Below are positions 24,254-24,721 of a DNA stretch of 24,721 bases, piece by piece. This stretch comes from a virus (Duplodnaviria; Caudoviricetes). Made by a program: the position numbers and the translations under genes. The DNA is taken from positions 1 through 24,721 of IMG/VR virus record IMGVR_UViG_3300020045_005344; one strand, 5' to 3'. The notes under the pieces are model-generated. The model had not been told where the DNA came from, did no database searches, and saw nothing but the letters and a program-made list of their open reading frames with translations. Numbering within the stretch: the stretch's first letter is position 1; each line of letters opens with the position of its first letter.

Positions 24254-24721
24254 CTATTTCTTAAGAGGTTTCTCCGTTTTAACCTTTTCCCCCACGGAAG
24301 ATAGCCCACAGTTCTTACACCGATACTTCTGGTTCACCCCTCCATTACGATACTTAAAACCGTCTTTAACGACATAAGGGCTGAAACACCCCGGACAGTT
24401 GAATACTCCACCGAAGATTACATTAAGGTTCGGTCCCGTGGTAGCCCAACCTCTGAGCTTTAGATAGACCTTCTCAAGTAGTACCACGTCTTGCACGTTG
24501 TATGCTTTCATCAGCTTCCAAGAAGCGGGGTCACCCTCCATACAGCCGAACCAGAGGTGCTTGCCAGTGTGGGGGAGCTTTCTACCTAACTTTAAATACT
24601 GTCCCAGATAGTCTAGTTTGTTGCTGTCAAATTTGAAGTGCTTACGGGCCAGTTTTAGAGTATCAATGGTCTGGTAGGGCGAAGGAGACTCTAAGCCATG
24701 GAACACGAATCTTGCGTTGGC
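24254..24721 (-). CDS. DnaQ/RNase H-like 3'-5' exonuclease with C-terminal Zn ribbon (5' end beyond the window)
   Basis: IDTLKLARKHF...NKLDYL, YNVQDV.LLE.VY (ExoIII YxxxD) and CPGC...CKNC motifs; the frame stays open to the right edge (ANARFVFHG...). Confidence 0.8.
   Translation of the reverse strand, partial: ANARFVFHGLESPSPYQTIDTLKLARKHFKFDSNKLDYLGQYLKLGRKLPHTGKHLWFGCMEGDPASWKLMKAYNVQDVVLLEKVYLKLRGWATTGPNLNVIFGGVFNCPGCFSPYVVKDGFKYRNGGVNQKYRCKNCGLSSVGEKVKTEKPLKK

Noticed and set aside
1-24721. CRISPR array, integrase/att site, IS element, self-splicing intron or stop-codon reassignment
   Set aside because: I found no regularly spaced repeats and no recombinase, transposase or reverse transcriptase motifs. 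Genes are intact in code 11, with TAA, TAG and TGA all used as stops.

Overview
This window is a segment of a tailed dsDNA phage or prophage, with every credible gene on the minus strand, so transcription runs right to left. In that order it carries a DnaQ/RNase H-like exonuclease (cut by the right edge), a holin and SLT lytic transglycosylase, a GC-rich five-gene module, a NinG-like nuclease, a regulatory region (sigma70 promoters, DnaA boxes, operator-like palindromes, structured RNAs), and small early-type genes (SSB-like, YopX). Next is an ~11.5 kb, 15-gene glycan-building operon: GT6, two GT2, two GT11, GT17, GT47-like, DUF5672, DUF3431, a PMM-like HAD, a TagD-like nucleotidyltransferase and a near-complete 3,6-dideoxyhexose-type pathway. 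It is followed by a GC-rich B12 radical SAM gene and a groES-groEL-terS-terL unit (terL cut by the left edge). Most notable are (1) the soluble, exporter-less phage glycosylation system with ABO-like enzymes next to the packaging genes, (2) a 114-nt circularly permuted tRNA mimic with YrlA/Y-RNA-like architecture at 18001-18114, and (3) a phage GroEL whose GDGTTT ATP motif reads GGGRTA. All family calls come from motif recognition by eye; no database search was run.
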